Assembly: GCA_040954595.2 (NCBI GenBank)
Contig: CM082578.2
Coordinates: forward strand, 1,284,831-1,348,830
DNA length: 64,000 nt
Origin: Balanoglossus misakiensis
Taxonomy: Eukaryota > Animalia > Hemichordata
Direction of reading: 5' to 3'
The notes under the pieces were generated by a model. That model was not told the origin of the DNA, ran no database searches, and worked only from the letters and a program-made list of their open reading frames with translations. Positions 49,792 to 61,281 of the stretch are shown in pieces (within the stretch, counting starts at the first letter, position 1; every line of letters begins with the position of its first letter). Both the position numbers and the translations under genes were made by a program.

Positions 49792-50940
49792 GTGAGTGAA
49801 TTTTTTTATCATTCATACATAAACTTTACAAATTAATTAATATCTTGACAAATTGTCATCTCTACCCCTTGTTATGTCTTGTCACATACTGTAAAACGGG
49901 ACATTTTCGTGACAGAAAATATTTTGCAATATATCAAAAGAGGCAACTGTGACACGAGAATTAAATTTCCGCATTCTAGTATTTTACTAACTACTCTGGT
50001 ATCTCTGAAAAACATTTTATGCGACTTTATTTTCTTCTTCTTTTTTGCCGAAGTTTGGGAAAATTTGCCGTTTTACAGTAATATGATTGCATCATTATCA
50101 CTTTTGTCCCTATGTAACTATCAAAAATTATAACAACATCATTCAGAACATACAAGGACACTCAAACCCGTCTAAAACAAACCCTGTCTAATCGGGAAAC
50201 CTCTCTTCAACCAACAGCTTTTCCTAGTCCCTTTTACATAGAAACATGTTAATGTGTTGGTGTTCTGTTTAAAAGATTTGACTGTGTAATAAATATGGGT
50301 GTCACACATACACCATTAAGACAGTTCTGAAGCATCTCAGAATTGATACTGTCTTAAAAAAACATGTGTGGACGGTGTAAGTGGTCCTGAAACGTCTCAG
50401 ATTTGAGACGGCTCTGCCAGCCAGACCTGAGCCGGTGTAAGGATTAACACCTCTCCGCAACCCATTGTTTATGGGGCCGAGCCTCAGCGCCCATACATAA
50501 ACTTTGTGTGTGTGGACACAACATGACTCAAAGGATTAATGCTCTGTGGTTAGCACTGGCAAATAGTGTCTCAAATTTTACCCTGTGTGAACCTGGTAAA
50601 AGAGGCATTGTGCCCTAGTGGCTAGGGTTGTGGGTTCGTTACCTAGACCTGGACATTTGGGTAGTATTTGCCTGTTGGATGATATACGAGACACAGACAT
50701 TTGGGTAGTATTTGCCTGTTGGATGATAGATGAAATAAAATTAAAAATATATAGACAAATAAACTGTGTTCTCCTTTCTTTTACAGCATTTGATTGTGAA
50801 AAGCCAGCACCACCAGTTAAAGGTATTTCCATCTGTAATGAGTTTGAGTCGGGTGTGTTCTGTCAGGTGGATTGTTTACCAGGATACAAGTTTGCAAGCC
50901 TGCCAGCACCTTACTATCTCTGCCATAGTGAAGGATATTT

Positions 50941-53106
50941 TATTCTCACGTTCTACGCACGCTGGGAGTGTGAGAACAGAGTGTGAGAACAAATTGTTTA
51001 GACCTTTAGGAACATATCGGCTGTTTACGCTCGTCGATAATATTTCCGGTGAAGAACTGACACTATCGTCAATTCAGATAACGAAAGATTTCGACATCGT
51101 CATGACCGAACCAGCTGCAGCCGTCAACAGTGACGCAAATAATGACCGCCAGAGCCGTTTCGTTACGTTATCCAACGTCGACCTGGAGAAGTTTGTTGCC
51201 GAACAACAAAATCAAGAGACCGTCCGAAAAACAAACAGTCACATCGCTCTGTTGAAGCAGTTTCTGGTCGAAAATGGTGAACACAGAGACGTTTGTGACA
51301 TACCACCTATCGAACTGGACCCGTTAGTTGGGAAGTTTCTTTGCGTCGTACGTAAGGAAGATGGATCTGAATATGAGCCATCCTACTTGCGAGGTATGTT
51401 CAGTAGTGTTGAGCGACATCTGCGCTGGAAGAAATATGGTGTATCTCTAACCAACGGCCCTGAATTTTTCTCGGCGCGGGAGCAACTGAAGGCCAAACAG
51501 AAAGACTTGCGGAAACAAGGTAAAGGCAACCTCCCTAACAAGGCAGAAACCCTGAGTGATGACAACGTCAATCATTTGTATGCGACGAGACAGCTTGGAA
51601 GCCATAGCCCACGGTCCATTATTAACACTCTATGGTTTAATAATATGCTGCATTTTGGCATGCGAGCCATAAAAGAACACCGGTCCCTCTGCTGGGGTGA
51701 TATTCAGCTGAAACGTGATGACCATGGGCGAGAATACCTGGAAATGTCTCGGGAACACCAAACAAAAACAAGAACTGGTGAAAATGTCAACGATGTACGT
51801 CCCGTCAAACCGCAGATGTACGCGTTTCCGTCAAACACAGAGCGATGTCCAGTAACATTGTATAAATTATACAAATCTCTGCGACCCACTGATTTCAATG
51901 ATCCAGAAACCCCTTTCTATTTGGGCATCAAGGATGCCAACCCCAAACCATCTGAAAAGACATGGTTCAAACGCTATCCCATGGGTCCAAATACTATTGC
52001 AAACATCATGAAAAACATGTCAACAGAGAGTGGCCTAACTGAACTAGGCAAGAAACTCACTAATACCAGTGCTAGAAAGTACTTGTTGCAAAAGTTGAAT
52101 GATAACATGGTCCCACCAACACATACAATGCAAAAGAGTGCACATAAAAATGTCCAGTCCATAAATAACTATTGCAAACTCTCAGATAACCAACAGTATG
52201 CTATGTCGAACATTTTGAGTGAGAAAACAGATGTGACACAAAACTACTTTCCTACTGCTGTTGCTGGCTCATCTAATAACTATATGACACAGCAATATCA
52301 GGAAACAAAGCACACACAGAAATTGGAAGCATCCCATGTTCTGGGGTCATCTGCAATCTTCCAAAATTGTCATGTCTCAGGTGGTAATTTTAATGTGCAA
52401 GTGCACTTCCAAAGTGATACTGGGCCACCTTCCAAAAAACGACCAAGGGTGATATATTCAGATTCTGAAAGCAGTCAGGAAAATATTTAAATGTTTTGAC
52501 CAGGTGTATCAAAACATGTGAACATAATATTCATCACTACTAGAATTTTAATGACAAATTTTATAAAATGGCTTGTTTTATTTGATAAACTTTGAATTGA
52601 AAGTCAAACTTCGTTTATTCAAATGTGTTTGAAAGACAATTGCACCTTGTCAAACGGGTACACATCTACTTGTTCTGATTTTTAAAAACAATTTGTTGTT
52701 TATGTGGTTGCTGTTTTGAATTGTAACTCACTATGATGCAGATTTATATGAGAAATCTGTGTAAATAAATCTTTGCAATGTTACAGTCACAAATGTCTTG
52801 GTGTATAAAAACGTATGGATGTGTATGGTAGGAACTACATTTTCTGGGCGGAATGATACTGATCGAAGGTGGTTGATGCTGATGGGTTTTGATTATTGTA
52901 TAATAATGTTCATAAAAAGACAAATTTCTGCAATTATCGGAGGAACGTGAGAAAAAGAATCCCACACACCAATGGTCTGAGATGAAATGTCTCACACTCG
53001 TTGGAGAATTTCTGTCTCACACTCGCCTTCGGCTCGTGTGAGACAGAAATTCTCCAACTCGTGTGAGACATTTCATCTCAGACCATTGGGGGTGTGGGAT
53101 TCTATT
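50941..53106 (+). mobile_element. Crypton-like tyrosine-recombinase DNA transposon (about 2.16 kb)
   Basis: TATT direct repeat at 50941-44 and 53103-06; YR ORF; 148-nt terminal hairpin 52956-53103; 5' end 50943-53 complementary to 52943-53. Confidence 0.85.
51102..52490 (+). CDS. Crypton-type (DUF3504-like) tyrosine recombinase, 462 aa
   Basis: RKEDGSEYEPSYL core-binding motif; HFGMRAIKEH (R), TKTRTG (K), RCPV, TNTSARK (HxxR position with H>T), SAHKN (H), SINNY (Y); PPSKKRPR NLS-like. Family related to ZMYM/QRICH1/KCTD1/KIAA1958 Crypton-derived domains. Confidence 0.88.
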   Translation: MTEPAAAVNSDANNDRQSRFVTLSNVDLEKFVAEQQNQETVRKTNSHIALLKQFLVENGEHRDVCDIPPIELDPLVGKFLCVVRKEDGSEYEPSYLRGMFSSVERHLRWKKYGVSLTNGPEFFSAREQLKAKQKDLRKQGKGNLPNKAETLSDDNVNHLYATRQLGSHSPRSIINTLWFNNMLHFGMRAIKEHRSLCWGDIQLKRDDHGREYLEMSREHQTKTRTGENVNDVRPVKPQMYAFPSNTERCPVTLYKLYKSLRPTDFNDPETPFYLGIKDANPKPSEKTWFKRYPMGPNTIANIMKNMSTESGLTELGKKLTNTSARKYLLQKLNDNMVPPTHTMQKSAHKNVQSINNYCKLSDNQQYAMSNILSEKTDVTQNYFPTAVAGSSNNYMTQQYQETKHTQKLEASHVLGSSAIFQNCHVSGGNFNVQVHFQSDTGPPSKKRPRVIYSDSESSQENI

Positions 53107-53531
53107 AATCCTGAGAATCCAGACGAGGAATTCACCTTCCCTGGATGTTCAGGTGAGAAAAAAATGATTTGGTATCAGTAAAGAAATATAATCAGGTTGC
53201 ACATGCACATTCAGAAAATTCTCCAAAGAGAGAGAGTTGTGAGAGGGGGTATTCCAGCATTGAGACAATTTTCTTTTAGTTATAAATGAAAAGAGAAATA
53301 TGAGTAATGCAAATTCTTGCTTTACAGTATGTCAAGGTTGTGATTACAGGTAGATAATTTGTTAACATCATATCTGCTTACCCCAATATAAAGCTCCAGT
53401 ACATTTGAGCTATTTTCTTAATATTTTGTTCTGGGTAAGCAGCTGTAACTTTCCTGATTGGCTAAGCGGTTTCGCAGTCTAAGTCAATACATCGTTCGCT
53501 AGATTTGTTTGTTTGTATTGTTCTACTGCAG

Positions 53532-56500
53532 CTCCTGGGAAGACTCAACGTGGAGTGAATTGTGGCGTGTCATACAATTCACAGGCTGGTACATGTAACA
53601 ATGGTGTCATCCAGCAATTGAGGATCAGTTTTATGAACACTATCAACTATCTGAATGATTTGTTTGGTATTTGTGGCGGTGAATGCAACTTTGATGACCT
53701 TGAAATAACCTGCGGCGCCTCAAACCGAAGAAAGAGACAGGCTGATACTCAGCTTGTGGTTCAGTTCAGTTTCACAACCAATGCGTGAGTAGTAATTGTT
53801 ATTTTTCGAGTATTTTATTCCCCTTCTGTTCTATTGAAATGACTTTGGTGACATGTCTAGGGTACTGATCCCAGGCTGTGTGAGGACCAGCTCTGTATTC
53901 CCTATACAGCTGGTGTTTGCATTATTGCAAAATATTCCATTCATGCAAGTGAAAACAAATTATTTTGTGTCTTAACACTCAAACATTTTCAGTTTTTGGC
54001 AACCCCATCATTTCTGCCCACCTTCCTTCATGTTGCGGCATCCTGTATTCTAAAGATTCGTGCATTCGAAATATACTGCAAAACGTGTTATTTTCGCGAG
54101 CAGTAAATTTCTGCAAAACATGCGCTGGTCAAAAAAACATTAAAATAAAAAGTTGTGTAAAATGTTTTTGGAGATAATGATGCAGTTAGTGAAATACGAG
54201 AACTCGAAAATTCGTCCTCACGTAACAGTCGCCTCTTTTAATATCGCGAAAATTTCCTGTCGTGAAAACAACCCAGTTTACAGTACACACTTCTGGTTGG
54301 TATTGTAATGTGGCATATGTAAGAATTTTTTGCCTGTTGTTTTATCCATTAGCTCTGCTGATGCTGCAGCTGTAGTTATTGAAGATGCAGTCAAGAATGG
54401 TACTTTTGATACAGCTGAATATTCAGTCGACGCTGAGACATTACAAGTTGAAAGTACAATATTCTGTTCCAATGGTAGTGTTCTTGTTGGAGAAGAATGT
54501 GGTGAGTGCCTATTTCTCCTCAGTTATTATGTACTTTAACCCTTTCACTCCCAGTTTCCTCTATAGAGGTCAAACCTTACCATAGAAAACAATTGGTTTG
54601 GACTGAACCATGGTGGTGAAAGGATTAAAACTGTGTCCAAAATTAATATTATAAAAAGGTGTAGATGTTAATATGTTTATATCACCTGATATGACCTGTT
54701 AGGTGGGCCGTATTGCTGCGAGTGTGGTTGTGAGTCGCAGTGTACAAATCAAAGACAAGTGTGAGTGGTAAATACAACCCAACCAAGAGGTGATATAAGG
54801 AAATAATTGATTTGATATGCTCATACCAAGGAGGGACAAAGTCTCTTTCTCGCTGCCCTTTTTCCATTAAGGTGGCATTGCATGAAAAGTTGTGATTTTT
54901 GCCAAATTTTACTTTTTTACATAAATCGGTAGGCCTAATACTGACCCACAACCTGACTAATACGTCTTGGCGGAAATGGTGCATAATCACCCCAAAATAG
55001 CACTTTTCTGAATGAGTTCACAGCTTAACAAATAGGTGTCAACAATGCAAATAGCCGTTTTTCTCAGTTTGCATTTTCGCTGGTCTTGACAACTTTGGAC
55101 TAAAATAGCTTCGCCCTGCGTTGGCCGAATTTGCTCAAATTTTGACAGGGAATTGTGTATGACCCATCCAACAAAACGCTAGTTTTGTTTGTCGGTAAAG
55201 TGACCCTGGCGGGAATAAACTCTGATTCAATACAACTCACCGTGAATTTGATCAAATTTTCTGAAAATCTAACTTTTAAACGCTGTTACTCCTCAATGGA
55301 AGCAGATAACGCAAAACAAAATTAGCGTTTTTTTGCACGTGTACTCTAGTTTTGAATGACATATTAAGATGCATGATGCATGGTCAACTTTTTTACCTAT
55401 TTTAAATTTCATGACATAATATCAAAAAATGGGTTTTTTCACCCAAAATCGCCACCATTTCCGGGGATCAATAATATTTGCAACTCAAACAAAAGTTCAA
55501 AATCTCAGCTTCCAGAATATATATGGTTTATGGGGGTTTTAACTTTTTCTTTGATGAGAAATAGGCCTCTGAAAAAGTCTCGACGGTTTCATGCAGTGCC
55601 ACCTTAATTATGTTTGATAGAAGACACAGTTAATGTTATTCTACATGTGGATATATAGTGAATCAACATTCAACCACACACAACTGCCATCCCACTTGTA
55701 GACACAAGAGTGAAAAACTGGCCAAAATGAATGCTGTGTGTTACAATTGTAGTTGTGTTTTAAACCATTAATGCATAATGATCAGTACATGAACAATGTA
55801 TACATCTGCCTTCAACATTTTGTATTTCCACAGTATTGTGTCCTGAAGGGTCGTACCATGACACTGAGCTGAGTCAGTGCCATCCTTGTGCAATTGGATA
55901 TTATCAACCCCTTGAAGGACAAACAGCATGCAATGCCTGTCCAAATAATGGAGTCACCAGGGGAAAGAGATCATTATCCATCTTGCAGTGTTTTGGTATG
56001 TATAACAGAAGGCAATATCTCCTCCTCGTCCACAGCCATAGCCTAGTATCTAGCCGTATTTTGTCCGCTTTGCTTCCAAAACTAGCGTCTAGCCTCACTC
56101 ATGCCACTGGCCCGATAAAACCCCATACCCCTTGCCGGGAATTGTGACGTATATATCAAATTATTGTGGTGTGATCCAATATGGAAAGAATGAAAATTGG
56201 AATGTTCATCTCTTTGGTTGAAAAAATAATTTTTCAACAATGATGTCTATTGCAGAGAGGTGCGATGTTGGTCACTACTTTGACAACGGGACTTCTCAGT
56301 GCCAAAGCTGCCCCATTGGATTCTGGCAATCAGAAGAAGGAAAGTTTGTGTGTAATACTTGCCCAAAGGGAATGCTTACATTAGTTGAAGGAGCTACTGA
56401 TGAGTCACAATGTCAGGGTAGGTACTTGTGTTATTTGCTATTCTTGACAAATCAACCCTGATCTGGCCATGTGACGTACCCATGGCGTTATCATTTGTAA

Positions 56501-58236
56501 GTGACAGGCAAGCAATATTTCGGCATCCAGTAAACTTTTTTCCGAGTAGGTTTTTACTTTAGAACCGCCAGATATGTAACATATTCAACAGTTTAACAAA
56601 TTCACGTGAGTGAAAAGCAGATAATCGTGAATATCAAAAAATTAATCTTCTCATTTACAGAGGTGTGTAAATCAGTGGGAGTCCAACTTAGTGTCAATGG
56701 GTCTTGTGAGTCGTGTCCCATGGGAACCTATCGATCAAATGCTGAACTTCAGCCATCTTGTATGCCGTGCCCATTTGGCTTCACCACAAGAACAGTCGGT
56801 TCAACCTTAAGTGAAGATTGTAATGTTCGTAAGTATTATGTATACAACTTTTCATGTTGTATCTCAACTGTACTGAACTGAAAGTTGTATTATTGTGCCT
56901 CAGTTGTTCAGAATAATGATAGTCCTCCAATTTTATTCTATGCTCTTTTTCCATTCCATCAACAGCTTACTGCAATGTTGGTTGGTACTTGAATCAGGAG
57001 TCCTATAGATGTGAGAAATGCCCTGTTGGAACATATAACTTTGAATTCAACCAGGATGCTTGTCAACCATGCCCAACTGGCTACACTACAGGCAGAGAGG
57101 GTGCCCTATATGAAACAGAATGTGTTGGTAGGAATAATTTTTCATAATCATAGAACTGATAACATGCCTTAACTGTTCAATCTGACACAAACACTTCATT
57201 ATAAGAAATTTTCTTCTTTATTTAGAGTATCATTTGATATGTTGTGTGATCCAATATTTTTATATAATTTAATAATGCTCCTCTTTTAACACCTTTTCTG
57301 AAAATTTCACGGAAATAACAATATTGTAATACTGTTTTCTCAGAATTCTACATGTAGGCTATGGAATGTGATAACCATGCACTGCATCTGGGTAGTCATC
57401 TAACTTAAAGGTATACAGTCACCTCCAATTTACAAACGCCCATATATGGCTGAAATGGAGTATATGAGAGTTCTAAAGAACATATGGTGGCGCTCTTTTT
57501 TGCATGTGCCACCCACTGAAAATCTGTGATTGGCTAGATCTCCTTTTGCCATGGTAACTATAGCTAATTTTCCATAGGTGACCGTATACCTTTAACTGGT
57601 GATATGTATGAAGATCCCATAGTTTTATTTGGTGGTCAGTTAAAGACATTGCAAGAATTTTTGTTTTCTAGATGCACATGAATGTCGTCTTGGTCTGGAT
57701 GACTGTCACCCAAATGCCACTTGCAGGAATCTTGTACCAGGATATGAATGCACTTGCAAAACTGGTTTCACTGGTGATGGAATAACTTGTACAGGTATGT
57801 AACTATCTACAACTGAAATGTCAACAGAAATATGTACAGCTAAAACGTAGACACTACTGTTGATTTTATGCTATTAAAGGCACAAAGTATCTCTCTTGCT
57901 GCCCTTTTTTCCATTAATTATGTTTGATACAAGACACTGTTTATGTTATTCACCCGGTACATGTGGATATATAGTGAATCAACGTTCGACAGCACACAAC
58001 TTCCATTCCGTTTGTAAGAAATGAATCTACAAGTGGGTTTAGTTCTTGTCTAATACAAATGGTTCGTCAGGTAGAATAATGTGATGTGATTTTATTCTTG
58101 TGTCTAGACAAATGTGAAGGGTTCTGCTCAAACAATGCTGTTTGCATCAAGGACAGTGATGGCAATCCTGTTTGTGAATGTACTGATGAATATCAAGGTG
58201 AAACTTGCCGCCAGAGAATACCAATGAAAGTTAAAG
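53532..58236 (+). CDS. Cys module with RRKR site (53532-53784, 54353-54501), four GCC2/GCC3 exons (55834-55995, 56256-56417, 56661-56828, 56966-57127), two EGF exons (57672-57794, 58108-58236)
   Basis: Domain cysteine patterns and phase-compatible GT-AG boundaries. Confidence 0.85.
54871..55603. mobile_element. Kolobok-like non-autonomous element nested in another Kolobok-like MITE
   Basis: TTAA-GGTGGCATTGCATGAAA...TTTCATGCAGTGCCACC-TTAA; the host MITE sequence resumes after it. Confidence 0.88.
57409..57591. mobile_element. Kolobok-like MITE; related partial copy at ~36393-36560
   Basis: TTAA-AGGTATACAGTCACCT...AGGTGACCGTATACCT-TTAA. Confidence 0.82.
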
Positions 58237-58503
58237 GTGTGTATACATTTCTTTGTCTTTTAATAACTCAAGATTAAAAAACAATATTCACTAAAGTTTA
58301 CACATTTGTTTGATCTACATGATTACAGTTTACGTTGTCTTGAAAATATTTGTGAAAATGGTGAAACTGCAACATCTGCAGTATAACTAGATTTTTGGTC
58401 AACTAACCATTTTACAATAGTTAAGCACCATAATGAATGGTTTTCTTGCTTTTATCATAGCATATCGCCCCCGTGACAAATAGAAATATTTAAACTCTTA
58501 CAG

Positions 58504-59211
58504 ATTCCTCCGTTGACACAGCTGTCATCATTGGTGGTGTTGCGGGAGGTGTAGCGGCTGTGTTAGTGCTTGGTGTAATAATGTTACTCATGTACCAACG
58601 GTAAGTTATTTAGTACTACCAGAGTAGAATCGAGACAGCTGTAGAAATGTTGCCCATCAGAAAACTGGGAATTTACCTGTATCTTTCCATACATGCATGA
58701 GGCAACGTGAAAAATAATCTCATCTGTATCGTGGAAGCAAATTTATTCAAAGAGTTCATGCATAGACCTATTCGCGTATAGGGTAACTGCAGTGCATCAT
58801 GGTATAATTTGCGTTCAACATGCATGGCGGCTAACAAGGCAAAGTCACGCGACCAGACCGCAAAGTGTCCAACAACCACCTGCGTTATTCTACAGTAGTA
58901 ACCACATCTCAACAAATCCCACATTGATGATGTTCTTGACATTCAGGTGTGCTCTTGGAGGAAAGAAACATCCGGGCTGGGAAGAACAAGAGGCAACTAT
59001 GGATATCCATTGGTTTGATGATACAGATGATGTTGATAGCAAGGCAGGGGAAAGTGTGGAAGATGAGGAAGCCTTCAGAGAAATCTATCACTACAATCCC
59101 ATGTATAGTGGCGACAGTGGTAGTGCCAGTGGAAGTGAGGAATGGAGACCAAGCCCTCTTAAGAGTAGAAATGAACTATTTCATGAGAGTCACGGAGACA
59201 GATACTTCTAA
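58504..59211 (+). CDS. Transmembrane exon (58504-58600) and cytoplasmic tail exon (58947-59211)
   Basis: AVIIGGVAGGVAAVLVLGVIMLLMYQR; acidic tail with YNPMY, ending DRYF-stop. Confidence 0.88.
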
Positions 59212-60832
59212 TGTGCCATCTCTGTGTGTACATGTATGGTATAATTCAAATGATAACTAGAATGGTTTTCATTTTGTGAGTTGACACAGTACTGTGATAA
59301 GCTTGGTATAATCCCATAAATGATAACAATAATAGTTATGCTTTGTCAGACGACAGTACTGTGATAAGCGCACATTAAATTGGTTGGAGTGAAACAGATC
59401 TTTATTATTACACTCTTAGCAACATCTGAATGAAATGATCATAAATAATCATCTTTAAAGTATGTTGGTTATAAGGCTATATATTTTACATATTTTAAAG
59501 AATTTTCCTTAAAAATTTGTTATGACTTATTATAAGGTATTGTGTAAAGAGAAAGATATGATAATACGAGAATTCCTAAACAACAACATATTTGTGTTGA
59601 ATTTGGAGGACAAATTTAACAGTGTACCAATTCAGCTCTCCCTTTGCATGCTGACTTGCTTCTGTATTCATACATAGCAGCATTTATCCTTAACATGATC
59701 AGATAGAAGGTCTTTTCATCCAAATGCATAGATTATGAATTATTTCTCTCAATATATTCAGTGACTACCTCCCGATGTTATATATCCTCCTGAATTAGTG
59801 CTTCAAATTTTGATATTTTTCTTGATATTTTTCTTTAATTTGACTTCAACCGTCACCATTCTCCAAGACTGTAAAAGAAGGGAGATGATGATTAACTATT
59901 ATCAATTTTTTTGCCCCTTGTACTGTCTTTACAACTGGCCGTATAAATCTGATATTTGTTTGGCATGCGAATTTTGGAATATGGATGTGTATGATCACAA
60001 TTATAAGATCCTCAAAATAAAAGATCCTATCATTTCATTTGGTTAATAACCAGTTCATAGGTGAATGAAAATATAGTTACTCACTTTGAGACCTGACAAG
60101 TATTTATTCGCATATTTTTATATTATTCATGGTGTTATAGATCAATGGACATTTTTCAAATTAAATTCCTGTATATAAAATGTAGCAATGTAATGTCATA
60201 TGTGAAACCCTTAATCTTGATATTGTAATTCATTGTAGAATATGATTATATTGTGTTATTCACTCAACTTGTGCATGTATGTTTAAGATTCATGCAAAAT
60301 TACTTTTTTTATACAAACTGTTCCTTTTTGTGTTGTTCTGAGGTGACAACTCATCAACAATGAAATAAGTTTGGGAAATTTTTGAACAAAGTCATGAAGT
60401 GGAAGTACTATAAATAATTTTAATATCTGTTTGAGTTGTCCTGCCAGAAGTCAACATTTTTAGCTTATACAAATACTGGTGCAACTACAGAACAGTTGAA
60501 GAATTTCATCATTATATTTATGTTTTAATTACAAGTATATCAATTGTACCTTTTCCTTATATTAAAAGCATATTTTTATTATAATATTTAATTGAGTTCT
60601 TTGTCTACTTTTTTAAACTGACAATTTGTCAGTCATTACCATAACCCTGGAGTGTATTTCACTGTGTCCAGAGATTCTTCTGTAGTTGTTATAATAAGAT
60701 ATCAAACCAGGTCCAATAATCAATATTACTCAAGCTAAGCTAATTACCAGGTCCAGGTTTAAAAAAGAAATAAGTGAAAAACTTACAATTTCAACAGGAT
60801 CATCTTGAACCACTGCTAAGTGGTAGTACTCG

Positions 60833-61281
60833 CACAGGGGGCTGCAAACATGAAAGTTATAAATGGCGGAGTTCCTGCATTTTCCCCCAATAAACATTAA
60901 TTGATGAACAGTCTTTGTGCTTGTTTATTTTTCTGTGTTACCTCCACCTGTCTTAGCAGTTGCTAATCCAGAATACAAGCTATTGCATTTCCCATTAAGC
61001 ACCTGCTAACGACTTAATCTGCGTGCCCCATCCACGGATTTAGTGGATTAAGTAAACATCGGTCAGTTCTCACTTGGTAAGAGAATACCCAGTACTCGCT
61101 GACCGATGTTTACTTTATTAACTTAATCCGTGGATGGGGCACACAGATTAAGTCGTTAGCAGGTGATTAATGGGAAATGGGTAGCTTTTATTCTGGATTA
61201 GCAAATGATAAGACAGGTTGGGAAAACGCAGAATGGAACGTACTTCGCCATTTATAACTTTCATGTTTGCAGCCCCCTGTG
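60833..61281. mobile_element. Foldback MITE, almost entirely palindromic
   Basis: CACAGGGGGCTGCAAACATGAAAGTTATAAATGGCG...CGCCATTTATAACTTTCATGTTTGCAGCCCCCTGTG; flanks gtactcg / gtactag (possible 7-bp TSD). Confidence 0.85.

Larger units (their letters stand above)
50787..53152 (+). pseudogene. Sushi exon split by the tyrosine-recombinase element (50787-50944 / 53107-53152)
   Basis: FDCEKPAPP...CQVDCLPGY...YYLCHSEGYFI | NPENPDEEFTFPGCS; acceptor at 50786, donor GTGAG at 53153. Confidence 0.85.
1360..59211 (+). pseudogene. Large multi-exon Uninflatable/SVEP1-like single-pass membrane protein gene (sushi, mucin, expansin-like, HYR, GCC2/GCC3, EGF, pentraxin/LamG, TM); this copy carries multiple inactivating lesions; 5' exons outside window
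   Basis: About 50 mostly phase-compatible GT-AG exons read by eye. Lesions: frameshift ~2460, TAA 3683, frameshift ~9862, piggyBac in exon at 11480, TAA 17031, CACTA in exon at 17774, frameshift ~23970, likely GT>AT donor at 25081, frameshift ~37132, YR element in exon at 50944. Confidence 0.75.

Noticed and set aside
50766-51101. 574-aa ORF as a host-recombinase fusion protein
   Set aside because: The extension starts at a non-ATG codon in an intron and reads the host exon in the wrong frame; the first plausible ATG is 51102.
53088-53106. Element hairpin containing a guide complementary to host target sequence (GVWDS read as host exon)
   Set aside because: GGTGTGGGATTC is better explained as the element's own right arm, given the TATT direct repeat, the extended stem on circularisation and the same layout in three other elements. 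It needs the empty allele to exclude fully.
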